Positions 29,571 through 38,771 of a DNA stretch of 64,000 nt are shown here, in pieces; the stretch's first letter is position 1, and each line of letters opens with the position of its first letter. Made by a program: the position numbers and the translations under genes. The notes under the pieces were generated by a model. The model was not told the origin of the DNA and did no database searches. It saw only the letters and a list, made by a program, of their open reading frames with translations. Source of the stretch: Bacteroidales bacterium (GTDB taxonomy: Bacteria; Bacteroidota; Bacteroidia; Bacteroidales; UBA10428); NCBI GenBank assembly GCA_016935435.1, contig JAFGQZ010000043.1, positions 16,530 to 80,529 of the forward strand, written 5' to 3'.

Positions 29571-31046
29571 TTATATGTTTAAGTTTTCAATTCTTTTACA
29601 GGCAAGTTTCGAGCTTATTAAGGCCATTGGCAGCCCGGCACCGGGGTGGGTAGAAGCCCCCGCATAAAAAACGTTTTTAAATTTTTCGTCGAAATTTGCC
29701 GGCCGCAGGGCGCCAATCTGCCACAGGCTGTGCGCGAGCCCCAGTCCGCTGCCACGAAACAGGTTAAAGTGGTTTTGCCATTCTACAGGCGTATAAATGG
29801 TTTTCGACACTATTTCGGGGGCTATGTCCTTTCCAATTCTCAAGGAGAAATCGTCGATAATGCTGTTTACAATGGCATCTTTGTCGTCCCAGTCGGGTTT
29901 GTACTTTAAATCGGGCACCGGGCACACAAAGAAAAGGCTTTCGCAGCCTTCGGGGGCACAACTGCTGTTATGTTTCGATGGCACATTAACGTAATAGTAA
30001 GGTTTTTGCAAGGTGCCGGGGTTTTTCATTACTTTGTTCGCGTATTCTTCGTAATTCGACCCGAGGTAATAATTATGGTGGTGAATTTCGGGGAGTTTGC
30101 ATTTTATGCCCAGGTAAAAAGTTAGGTACCCCATGGTCCAGTTCATTTTGTCGAGCTTTTTTACCGAATATTTTTTACGTCCGAAAACTTTGCCACGGAA
30201 CCATGCCGCATCGCTGTTAATCAGGAAAATGTCGGCATTATGTTTTTTTCCGGCAGAGTCGGTCAAGCTTTCAAGTTTGTCGTGGTTTCCGGTAAAGCCG
30301 GTAATTTCTGTGTTGTATTGTATGTTTACATGGTTTTTCTCCAATTCCGAAACCAATCCTTCAACAATTTTATACATACCCCCATCTACATTGTAATACC
30401 CATCGTGCTTAAACTCGGTGTACGATAGAAGGGTATAAATAGCCATAGTATCGAAAGGGGTGCGCCCCAGGAAGAAAGCTACCAAGGATATTATCTGGCG
30501 GGCTTCTTTAGAAGAGAAATGTCTTTTTACCTCCTTCCAGAAACTTCTAAAAAGAACAGGCAGGTGCACAGGGTTCACTTTCATTAAGGTAATGAAGTAT
30601 GAAAACAGTGAATCGAAATTGTTTTTAATTACCAAATCGACTGTATCATGGAAAAGCTTTCCCGAATCGGCAAGGTACCTGTCCATTTTTGAAGCAAAAC
30701 CAGGTTCGAAGCTTGCAAACTGGGCTGCCAGTTTATCAATATCGCTGTACAGGAAAAATGTTTGCGGGTTATCGCTGAAATTTACTGTATAAAGCGGGTC
30801 GAGCCGGTGATATGAAAAGGGAAGCTCAATGCCGCATTCTTTTGCAAATTCTTCGAATTCGTACGACATAGAAAAAAAGCTGGGGCCAGTGTCGAAGGTA
30901 AACCCATCTTTCTTTATCTGGTTCAACCTGCCGCCTGCCTTATCGTTTTTTTCGACTATTTTAACCTTATACCCTTTTTTAGCAAGCCTCAGGGCGGCTG
31001 TAAGCCCGCCCAGCCCGGCACCTGTTATGAGCACATTTTTTGACAT
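29571..31046 (-). CDS. crtI: Phytoene desaturase family (CrtI/CrtD-like) FAD oxidoreductase
   Basis: GAGLGGL, GFTFDTGPS, THPGAGLP; lies in the carotenoid operon; exact step (CrtI vs CrtD) not resolvable by eye. Confidence 0.85.
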   Translation of the reverse strand: MSKNVLITGAGLGGLTAALRLAKKGYKVKIVEKNDKAGGRLNQIKKDGFTFDTGPSFFSMSYEFEEFAKECGIELPFSYHRLDPLYTVNFSDNPQTFFLYSDIDKLAAQFASFEPGFASKMDRYLADSGKLFHDTVDLVIKNNFDSLFSYFITLMKVNPVHLPVLFRSFWKEVKRHFSSKEARQIISLVAFFLGRTPFDTMAIYTLLSYTEFKHDGYYNVDGGMYKIVEGLVSELEKNHVNIQYNTEITGFTGNHDKLESLTDSAGKKHNADIFLINSDAAWFRGKVFGRKKYSVKKLDKMNWTMGYLTFYLGIKCKLPEIHHHNYYLGSNYEEYANKVMKNPGTLQKPYYYVNVPSKHNSSCAPEGCESLFFVCPVPDLKYKPDWDDKDAIVNSIIDDFSLRIGKDIAPEIVSKTIYTPVEWQNHFNLFRGSGLGLAHSLWQIGALRPANFDEKFKNVFYAGASTHPGAGLPMALISSKLACKRIENLNI

Positions 31047-31047
31047 A

Positions 31048-31782
31048 TCAACTTAATTTCTTTAAAAATGCAGGATAAAGTTCTTCTTTAACCCACAAAT
31101 ATTTTGGTTCAATTTTAATAATTTTCAGGTAATATTTTTTTGCCTCGGGGTACATTTTCAATTCTTCGTAGGCCATAGCTATTTGTGTGAGCAGCCCGAG
31201 GTAATTCCAGTTGTTTGTCGATTGGTAAGCATTATTTTCCATAAGAGTGGCCGCTTTAATGTAGTATTCGAGGGCCCGGGTTTTGGAACCGCCGAAAGCT
31301 GCAGGCATATAATAATCGCTGTTGCCAAGCTGAATGTAACCATAAGGGTTATTGGCGTCGAGTTTAATAGCTGCTTTGGCATGTTCGATGCTTTTAGGCC
31401 CTAAAAATGGCGCCTGCAATTTGTTAAGCCCTATACGAAAGCCATAAAAAGCAGCCTTGTACGCATTAACAGCAGAGAGCTGATAGCCGGCTTTCTCGAG
31501 CGTGGCAATATTTTTTTCGCCAAGTGCGATATAATGTCCCGCCTCTTTATAATTTTTGTTTCCCATACACCAGCCAATATATCCATATTGGTAATTTAAA
31601 AGTTCGGCAGTAAGTACGGTTGTTTTATTTTTTTTGGCTTCCAATGCATCGATAACTATTTTCCAATCTTTCATATTATTGCCAATGTAAGCATTGTAAA
31701 TACGGGTTTTATAATCTGGTGCAGTGGCAAAGACAAACACTGGCAGCATCCATAAAATCAGGAAATAAGCCTTCCTTTCCAT
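31048..31782 (-). CDS. Secreted TPR-repeat protein within the crt operon
   Basis: 244 aa; signal peptide; helical TPR-like repeats (AKAAIKLDANNP, AKKYYLKIIKIEP). Confidence 0.7.
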   Translation of the reverse strand: MERKAYFLILWMLPVFVFATAPDYKTRIYNAYIGNNMKDWKIVIDALEAKKNKTTVLTAELLNYQYGYIGWCMGNKNYKEAGHYIALGEKNIATLEKAGYQLSAVNAYKAAFYGFRIGLNKLQAPFLGPKSIEHAKAAIKLDANNPYGYIQLGNSDYYMPAAFGGSKTRALEYYIKAATLMENNAYQSTNNWNYLGLLTQIAMAYEELKMYPEAKKYYLKIIKIEPKYLWVKEELYPAFLKKLS

Positions 31783-32849
31783 ATATATTGTTTTTTAAAT
31801 TTATTAATAATGGCTTTACCAATAAACAATCCGGTAACAATTTGGTGCGGTAAGGCCAATGCTAAATTTTTTAGTATATGTTGTTTGCTTACTATAGAAA
31901 CAATGGTTCGTGCCACAAAAACCAAAGCAAGATAAAGCCATGTGAAATTTACCGGCAGCAGCAAGAAAACCGGAACTATGCCAAAGGTTGTAACCAGCCA
32001 GAAGGAGATAGCAAGCAACGGGGAATTTCCGAAATAACCAATGATATTCTTCGAAAACCCCTGCACGGCAGCGTTAAACGATTTGTACATGCGGCATTCG
32101 ATAAAACCTGTCGATGCCAAGCAGGCTATTTTTTCGCTGTTCCTTTTAAAAAGCCTGGCTGTTTCAATGTCTTCCACTTTGTGGGACCGTAGCACCTGAT
32201 GGGGCTGGTAATTCTTATACGCGCCGGCATTGAAAAACATGTATTGCCCGTTTGCTGCCGCAAGCGAGCTGAAACCCGATTTGCGCACCAGCACCAGCGG
32301 CAGTAGTGTAAGAAGAATTGAATTCATAACGGGCACTGTAAGCCACTCGCCAGCCGAATGCATTTGCTGGCGTGGAAAAACCGAAAGAAGTGCAGTTTTG
32401 TGTTTGCGTGCAAAAGCCACGCTTTTGCCAATACTTTGATGGCCAATGCGCACATCGGCATCGATAAAAAGCAGGTAAGAGCCCCGGGCTTCAGAAGCAA
32501 GGCGGTAACATGCGTAATTTTTCCCCAGCCATCCGGGAGGCAACCCGTCGGAACCGATGAGCTTAATCCTGCAATCTGCCTGCTGCATTTGTTTAACAAT
32601 AGCGGCGGTTTGATCTGTAGATTGATCGTTAAAAACCAGTATTTCAATATTTGTATATTGTTGCCGGAGCAAACAGGCTAGCAGCACACCAATATTTTCT
32701 TCTTCGTTGCGTGCAGGAATGAGCACCGAAACCAGGCTGTCATTAGCAACAATGCCTTTGGGCAGCCTCTGAAAAAACAGCAGGTTCGACAGCGCAACCA
32801 ATAAACGCAGTAACTCAAAAGCCAGTATGGAATATGCAAGATAAATCAT
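31758..32849 (-). CDS. GT2 glycosyltransferase (CruC/CrtQ-like carotenoid glycosyltransferase)
   Basis: VSVLIPARNEE, DQSTD, GWLGK, FIDADV, ANGQ, VED. Confidence 0.88.
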   Translation of the reverse strand: MIYLAYSILAFELLRLLVALSNLLFFQRLPKGIVANDSLVSVLIPARNEEENIGVLLACLLRQQYTNIEILVFNDQSTDQTAAIVKQMQQADCRIKLIGSDGLPPGWLGKNYACYRLASEARGSYLLFIDADVRIGHQSIGKSVAFARKHKTALLSVFPRQQMHSAGEWLTVPVMNSILLTLLPLVLVRKSGFSSLAAANGQYMFFNAGAYKNYQPHQVLRSHKVEDIETARLFKRNSEKIACLASTGFIECRMYKSFNAAVQGFSKNIIGYFGNSPLLAISFWLVTTFGIVPVFLLLPVNFTWLYLALVFVARTIVSIVSKQHILKNLALALPHQIVTGLFIGKAIINKFKKQYIWKGRLIS

Positions 32850-33469
32850 TCCTCAATAGCTGCCTGTTTTTCAATACATTTAACATAAAAAGAATTATAG
32901 TGTGCCTCGAGGTTGTGCAAGCCAGAGGTGCCCATATCAAAATCTGTGAAATACAAGTATAAACGGGGTTTTTTGTCGGAAAAGTATTCGGTTAAACAAA
33001 CCAGGAAAACAATATTTACAGGTTTTTGGGCCATTTCCAGAACTTTTTCAGTACCTCTCCCGAACCTGATTTCTTGTTGGTGCACCGATACAAGTTTGCC
33101 CTGTGGGAACAATAACACCAGGTTGTTTTTGTTACGGAGCAATTGGGCCGTATAACCCATTGTTTCCATGACACTTCGCGATTGTTTCTTTACCGAAAAA
33201 CCACCGGCATAATTAAAATACCAATGTTTACGGAGCTGGTTTTCGAGCATCATGAAATGGAATTTCCGTTTAAATACTTTCTGGTTCAGCCATAGTGACC
33301 AAAACCCGTCCCACCAGGTCGAATGGTTTGATAGTAGCAATACCGGCAGGTTCTTTTCGATATAATGCCCGTTAACAATTACCGAACTAAAATTTTTGCG
33401 GACAATATATAGCGTGTACCATTTAAAGAATGGGTATATTACCTTATGGTGCCTGGCTTTTATTATCAT
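32846..33469 (-). CDS. Lysophospholipid acyltransferase family protein (CruD-like)
   Basis: NHSTWWDG (HxxxxD), LFPQG; 4-nt overlaps with both neighbours. Confidence 0.85.
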   Translation of the reverse strand: MIIKARHHKVIYPFFKWYTLYIVRKNFSSVIVNGHYIEKNLPVLLLSNHSTWWDGFWSLWLNQKVFKRKFHFMMLENQLRKHWYFNYAGGFSVKKQSRSVMETMGYTAQLLRNKNNLVLLFPQGKLVSVHQQEIRFGRGTEKVLEMAQKPVNIVFLVCLTEYFSDKKPRLYLYFTDFDMGTSGLHNLEAHYNSFYVKCIEKQAAIEE

Positions 33470-34152
33470 TTTGTAAGAATAAAACGGATGAATATGCCCA
33501 GGAAAAACACAAGTTGGCTGAAGAATATAACCGGGGCTATTTTATTTTCGGCCTTTATGCCCGACCAGCGAAAAATTGTGTGCAGTATCAGGGCAACAAA
33601 GAACCATGCCATATAATTCATTATTGGCACCGTATTGTCTTTCCAGTACCACATGCCGGTAACCGGTGCTACTTGTTCCATGAGCAAATCGTACGCCAGC
33701 ATTACCAGCGAAGCAGCAATAATTGTAAGAACCGCATTCAGTTTTAACTTTTCTATCAGGTTTGCCGAAAGGTAAACCAATAATAGCCAGTTGATGCCAA
33801 TAATTAGCGGGGTATCGAAAACCTTAAGCCCCAGTGTGCTCCCGTAATTATAAACCCCAAAGATTAACCCTGTTTTTACACCTGCTACTTCAATAAAAAA
33901 TCCAATAAAGTAAATAGCAAAAAATACAACGATAGTTTTCTTTACAGGCTTAAAACGATGAAATGCCAATATAGCAAAAACACTAATGATAAGTGCCAGC
34001 GGGGTAAGCTTTAGAAATAAAGCATTTGTATATGGCAGCACAACTCCGGCAAGCCCTATGGCATAAAACCAAACAAAAAACGATTTGTATTTTTTTGTAC
34101 GCACCGGATTATCGGTGAATTGGCTTATAAGTATGTTCTTCAATGTATTCAT
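33466..34152 (-). CDS. cruF: Carotenoid biosynthesis membrane protein, CruF-like 1,2-hydratase (DUF422)
   Basis: EVAGVKTGLIFGVYNYG, PLIIGINW, DLLMEQVA, W.W, PIMNYMAWF. Confidence 0.85.
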   Translation of the reverse strand: MNTLKNILISQFTDNPVRTKKYKSFFVWFYAIGLAGVVLPYTNALFLKLTPLALIISVFAILAFHRFKPVKKTIVVFFAIYFIGFFIEVAGVKTGLIFGVYNYGSTLGLKVFDTPLIIGINWLLLVYLSANLIEKLKLNAVLTIIAASLVMLAYDLLMEQVAPVTGMWYWKDNTVPIMNYMAWFFVALILHTIFRWSGIKAENKIAPVIFFSQLVFFLGIFIRFILTK

Positions 34153-34195
34153 GAAGCTGATAGTTTTGTATAAGGGGAAATAGCGGCCACAGATG

Positions 34196-35032
34196 CTAAA
34201 CCAACCTTAATTTATATACAAAGGTTGCTTTGAGCAACAGGGCAAGCTTACGTATATTCGACACCCTGACACGTGTTTCGAGAATTGTACCTGCCGGGGT
34301 AAGTTTAATTTTTTCGAGCAGCCTTTTATAATAATAGTAAGCAATTAGTACGGCAAATTTCGATCGTCCGGGAAGCTTAGTGATGCCCTGCCTGGCAATT
34401 GAAAAGTCGCTTTCAATTTCAGTAATTATTTTCTGTTTAATGTTCTCGTTAAGCATATTGTCCCCAATCTCCGGAAAGTAATTTCTTCCCAGGCTTTCGA
34501 TATCGTTTTTTAAGTCGCGCAGAAAATTTACTTTTTGAAATGCCGAGCCCAGTTTCATCGCAGGGATTTCCAGTTCTTTGAAGAGCTTTTCATTGCCATT
34601 GCAGAAAACCCTTAGGCACATTAGTCCCACTACATCGGCCGAACCATAAATGTATTCGTTCATTTCGCTTTTCGACCCGTAACTGCTTTTCTCCAGGTCG
34701 AATTTCATGCTCTGAAGAAATGCCTGCACATACAAATCGGAGATACCGTATTTTTTAACCGTAAGCTGAAAGGCATACAGAACTGGGTTGGTGCTAATGT
34801 TTTCGCGGCAGGCCTCGTAATAATCGCTTTCGAATTTTTGCAGAAGGTTCTTTTTATCAAACCCGTGAAAAGAATCGACAATTTCGTCGGCAAGCCTTAC
34901 AAAACCGTATATGCTGTATATGGCCTCGCGCACTTCCCTGCCAAACATACGTGTGGCCATCGAAAACGAAGTGCTGTAGTTTTGGGTTATCAATCGGCTT
35001 ATTTCAAACGATGTTGTTGCAAAAAGCTCCAT
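34196..35032 (-). CDS. crtB: Phytoene synthase
   Basis: YSTSFS, IYGFVRLADEIVD, YGSADVVGLMCL, FQKVNFLRD; ATG 35032 preferred over TTG 35071. Confidence 0.93.
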   Translation of the reverse strand: MELFATTSFEISRLITQNYSTSFSMATRMFGREVREAIYSIYGFVRLADEIVDSFHGFDKKNLLQKFESDYYEACRENISTNPVLYAFQLTVKKYGISDLYVQAFLQSMKFDLEKSSYGSKSEMNEYIYGSADVVGLMCLRVFCNGNEKLFKELEIPAMKLGSAFQKVNFLRDLKNDIESLGRNYFPEIGDNMLNENIKQKIITEIESDFSIARQGITKLPGRSKFAVLIAYYYYKRLLEKIKLTPAGTILETRVRVSNIRKLALLLKATFVYKLRLV

Positions 35033-35086
35033 ACAATTGTTTTGGGTTAAGTTGAACGGTATATATAACAATGCTTCTGAAAGAAA

Positions 35087-35106
35087 TGTTTAACCAAAAT
35101 TAAACA
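35087..35106 (-). promoter_or_regulatory. Palindrome overlapping the putative crtB promoter
   Basis: TGTTTAA-N6-TTAAACA; minus-strand TAATTTTG at 35095-35102 lies inside it. Confidence 0.5.
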
Positions 35107-35180
35107 ATCATAAAAATTCTTCACTAAAGCTTCTGTAAAAATAAAACATAAACTAATTCCTACAATACATGAAAAAATAA

Positions 35181-35247
35181 ATATCGCTTGCGACATAAAA
35201 ATTTATTTTTAACTTTGTATCGAAAACGAATAAATCTTGCACGATAT
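35181..35247 (+). promoter_or_regulatory. gpx promoter with two candidate MarR operators
   Basis: TTG at 35188-35190, 19-nt gap, TAACTTTG at 35210-35217; ATATCG-N4-CGATAT-like sites at 35181-35196 and 35232-35247. Confidence 0.6.
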
Positions 35248-35270
35248 TAATTATTAAAATAAATTACATT

Positions 35271-35753
35271 ATGAGCACAAATTTTTATGAATTTAAGGCC
35301 CGCAGCCTTCAGGGAAAAGACATTCCGATGGAAGAATTCAAAGGGAAGGCAATTCTTGTTGTAAACACAGCCAGCAAGTGCGGTCTGACCCCGCAGTTCG
35401 AAGGACTTGAGAAGTTATACCAGCAATACAGGCAAAAAGGGTTGGTAATACTAGGTTTTCCGTGTAACCAGTTTGCCAACCAGGAGCCCGGCGACGATAA
35501 ATCGATATCTGAAGGGTGTTTATTGAATTATGGTGTAACATTTCCCATGTTTGCAAAAATTGATGTGAACGGCCCTGATGCCCATCCTATATATAAATAC
35601 CTGAAAAAGGAGTTAAGTGGTTTTTTGGGCAGCAAAATAAAATGGAACTTCACAAAATTCCTTATTGACCCGAAGGGTAAGCCGGTTAAAAGGTTTTCGC
35701 CAACCACCAGTCCGGGAAAGATTGGGCAATTTTTACAAAAAATGTTGAATTAG
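35271..35753 (+). CDS. gpx: Glutathione peroxidase family protein (Cys-type)
   Basis: [29 protein letters not shown]. Confidence 0.95.
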   Translation: MSTNFYEFKARSLQGKDIPMEEFKGKAILVVNTASKCGLTPQFEGLEKLYQQYRQKGLVILGFPCNQFANQEPGDDKSISEGCLLNYGVTFPMFAKIDVNGPDAHPIYKYLKKELSGFLGSKIKWNFTKFLIDPKGKPVKRFSPTTSPGKIGQFLQKMLN

Positions 35754-35972
35754 GGTTGGAAGTTTAAAGTTCAAAGTTTAAAGTTCAAAGTTTAAAGTTC
35801 AAAGTTCAAAGTTCAAAGTTCAAAGTTTAAAGTTCAAAGTTTAGAGTTTAGAGTTTGAAGTGAGCAGTGAACGGTGAACAGTTGAAAAAATCATTATTAA
35901 TACATTAATTAATTTCCTTCATTTTTTAATTATTTTCATTTTTTTTATTCACCTCAACCTCAACCTCAACCT
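35754..35972 (+). repeat. Composite dispersed repeat, copy 2 (14 heptamers)
   Basis: GGTTGG, 14 AAGTTYA-type units at 35760-35857, core at 35858-35894, degenerate TTCATTTT block, (ACCTCA)3. Confidence 0.92.
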
Positions 35973-36020
35973 TTTCAATACTAAAACTATTTTCTATTTT
36001 TATCGACAAACATACTGAAA

Positions 36021-36464
36021 ATGGAGTTTGAACAATTAAAACTGGACAATCAATTGTGTTTTCCGGTTTATGCAGCGTCAAGATTAATAACGCGCGAATA
36101 TCAGCCATACCTCGACCGTCTGGGCATTACCTATCCGCAATACCTGGTTATGCTGGTGCTTTGGGAGCATGGAGGCATAACAGTGAACGAAATAGCACGA
36201 AAGCTGATATTACAGACCAACACAGTTACCCCGCTATTGAAGCGCATGGAGTCGATGGGACTGGTTACTCGGGTACGTTCGGGCAACGATGAACGAAAGG
36301 TTTTAATTTCATTAACCGAAAATGGGCGGAATATGCAGGCCGAAGCAGCAAAGATTCCCGAAGAACTTGCCAAAGGTTTAATTTCGGGGCCGATGGAACT
36401 CCAGGAGATTATTTCCCTGAAAACCAGCCTGGAAAGGTTAATCGGCTATTTATCGGCAAAATAA
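36021..36464 (+). CDS. MarR-family transcriptional regulator (OhrR-like)
   Basis: LDNQLCFPVYAASR with the redox-active Cys, LGITYPQYLVMLVLWE, DERKV. Confidence 0.92.
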   Translation: MEFEQLKLDNQLCFPVYAASRLITREYQPYLDRLGITYPQYLVMLVLWEHGGITVNEIARKLILQTNTVTPLLKRMESMGLVTRVRSGNDERKVLISLTENGRNMQAEAAKIPEELAKGLISGPMELQEIISLKTSLERLIGYLSAK

Positions 36465-36491
36465 CTTTTTCAAAGCTGGAACTTCAAGGCC

Positions 36492-36749
36492 TTACATGCC
36501 TGTAGGGTATTTAAAAAAGTCGAAAGCAGAGTTTTTAAGCTCGGCTTCAACAGGCAACCAAATAGTTTTCCATTCATTATCGGGCAGCTTTGCCCCTTCG
36601 TCCCAAAACGGAATATTAGTTTCTGCCAGATTGAGAAAAAAGCACTCGTTGAATAGTACCAGATTTAAATTGAGATTTTGAATAAACCTCCCAACTTTTT
36701 CCGATTGAGAGCTTCTTCTATGGCTTCCTGTAACAATGGTAACTTTCAT
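36492..36749 (-). pseudogene. Truncated NADPH-dependent FMN reductase
   Basis: GSHRRSSQSEKV N-terminus and LAETNIPFWDE; ends at 85 aa where the PEY/W-G motif should begin, with only 27 bp left before the marR stop. Confidence 0.7.
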
Positions 36750-36752
36750 AAA

Positions 36753-37667
36753 TTAGTAGCTTTTTGGAAAAATATCGGCCAAAGCTTTTTTTAGCGAGGG
36801 AAACAAAAAATGGTACCCCGACTGCATAATTTTATCGGGCGATACACGGCTGCCATTCAATAATATGCTGGCCATTTCGCCGAATATGGCCTTCAATATG
36901 AATGCCGGTATGGCAGGCAGCCAGAATGGCTTCCTTAGCGAAATGGCAAGGGTTTTCATAAACAGCTTGTTGGAAACGTACTCGGGGGCAACTGCGTTAA
37001 TTGCCCCAAAAAGCATTTCGTCGTTAACGGCCTTCAGATAAATTCTGCATAAATCGTCAATATGTATCCAGGGAATATATTGTTTTCCGGTTCCTAATGC
37101 AGCACCAAGCCCCAGCTTAACAGGGGCTGCCATTTTCGACAAGGCGCCCCCTTGCGGGCTTAAAACAATTCCGGTGCGTATTTTTACAGTGCGCACGCCC
37201 AATTTTTCGAAGTTAGCAGCAGCAGATTCCCACTTATGGCATACATTCCCTGTAAAGTCGTTCGCTGACAAATTGGTTTCGTCGAAAACTTTGTTTGTGC
37301 TTATTGAGCCATAATAGCCAGTGGCCGATGCCGTAATAAATGCTTTAAGTTGGTGTTTGTTTTCTTTTATGGTTTTATAGATCAGATGGACCGATTTTAC
37401 CCTACTGTCGGTTATCTCCTGTTTTCTGGCTTTTGTCCATCGCTTCGCGCTTATGCCGGCACCGGCAAGATGAATGATGTAATCGGCATGCAGTACCATT
37501 TCGGTATTGATAATTCCTTTGTTTATATCCCAAAAATAAGAATCGGCCGTCACATTCCTTTTGTCGCGCGAACTAAAAACCACCACCCTGTAACCGTTGT
37601 CGCGTAGTATCTTTCTTAAATGGGTGCCCACCAGGCCGGTACCACCGGTAATTAAAATGGTTTCCAT
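36753..37667 (-). CDS. TIGR01777-family NAD-dependent epimerase/oxidoreductase
   Basis: ITGGTGLVG, IIHLAGAGI, ASATGYYG, RTGIVL, PWIHIDD. Confidence 0.92.
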   Translation of the reverse strand: METILITGGTGLVGTHLRKILRDNGYRVVVFSSRDKRNVTADSYFWDINKGIINTEMVLHADYIIHLAGAGISAKRWTKARKQEITDSRVKSVHLIYKTIKENKHQLKAFITASATGYYGSISTNKVFDETNLSANDFTGNVCHKWESAAANFEKLGVRTVKIRTGIVLSPQGGALSKMAAPVKLGLGAALGTGKQYIPWIHIDDLCRIYLKAVNDEMLFGAINAVAPEYVSNKLFMKTLAISLRKPFWLPAIPAFILKAIFGEMASILLNGSRVSPDKIMQSGYHFLFPSLKKALADIFPKSY

Positions 37668-37862
37668 GGTTTTGCAAATTAACTTCTATGTTCGATGTGT
37701 GTTTATAATTGTTTAATATTCAGCAACTAAGAACGAACTTAAAGGTACAATATTAACGTCGGTTCATCAAATTTGTTCGGTGCAAATTTATTGAAACTAT
37801 AGCTACGTATTTTTTTTATAGATTTGTAGTAATTCTTAATACCCACATTAATCCTATCTGTC

Positions 37863-38750
37863 ATGGAAAGCCATAAAAACACCTGTTTAATACTTAGCCT
37901 TATTGTTTTATCGGTCTTGTTTTTTTCAACAAAAGTTTACAGCCAGGCCTGGGACAATCCTAAAGTTGAAAAAGTTGCCGAAGGGTTTATATTTATCGAA
38001 GGCCCTGTATGGTCCGATAGTTTAGGATTGTTGTTCAGCGATATTCCCGGCGATAAAATCTACCAGTTCGGAATCGATTCAACAGTTTCTGTATATCAGT
38101 CGCCTTCAGGAAATTCGAACGGACTGGCCTTCGATGAAGCGGGCAACCTGGTTCTTTGCCAGCATGGGCTGCGCCAGGTAAGCCGCATGGAAAAAAACGG
38201 CGAATTTGCCCCGCTGGCTACACACTATAAGGGAAAACGGCTGAACAGCCCGAATGATTTGGACATTGCTGCCGATGGCTCGGTTTTTTTTACCGATCCG
38301 CCTTACGGTTTGGACGACAAGGCAAAAAGTGAACTTGGTTTTTGCGGCATTTACCGGCTAATGCCGTCGGGGAAACTGTATTTACTCGACAGTACAGTAA
38401 AAACCCCCAACGGAATTGCTTTAAGTGCCGATGAAAAGAAACTCTATGCCGGCGATTCGGAAGAAAGGCTCCTATTCTGCTGGGACATAGTTAACGACTC
38501 TGTTCTTGCCCATAAAACCCAATTTGCCTACATGGATGCCAAAGGTTATACCGACGGGATGAAAACCGACAAAAATGGATTTTTATATTCTACCGGCCCC
38601 GGCGGAATTTGGATATATTCGCCACAAGGGGAATTTCTGCAATTAGTTGAGGTGCCTGGCCAAAACACAAATTGTGCCTGGGGCGGTGCCGACAGAAAAA
38701 CCCTTTATGTAACCTCGGGGAACACACTTTACAGGATTATTGAAAAATAA
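37863..38750 (+). CDS. SMP-30/gluconolactonase/LRE-family protein, secreted
   Basis: Signal peptide; FIEGPVW, FSDIP, LNSPND, FTDPPYG, PNGIA, DGMK. Confidence 0.9.
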   Translation: MESHKNTCLILSLIVLSVLFFSTKVYSQAWDNPKVEKVAEGFIFIEGPVWSDSLGLLFSDIPGDKIYQFGIDSTVSVYQSPSGNSNGLAFDEAGNLVLCQHGLRQVSRMEKNGEFAPLATHYKGKRLNSPNDLDIAADGSVFFTDPPYGLDDKAKSELGFCGIYRLMPSGKLYLLDSTVKTPNGIALSADEKKLYAGDSEERLLFCWDIVNDSVLAHKTQFAYMDAKGYTDGMKTDKNGFLYSTGPGGIWIYSPQGEFLQLVEVPGQNTNCAWGGADRKTLYVTSGNTLYRIIEK

Positions 38751-38771
38751 ACCTCGCCCGGAAAAGGAATT

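Noticed and set aside
35271-35753. Selenocysteine in the glutathione peroxidase
   Set aside because: The active-site codon is TGC (Cys) and the ORF has no in-frame TGA
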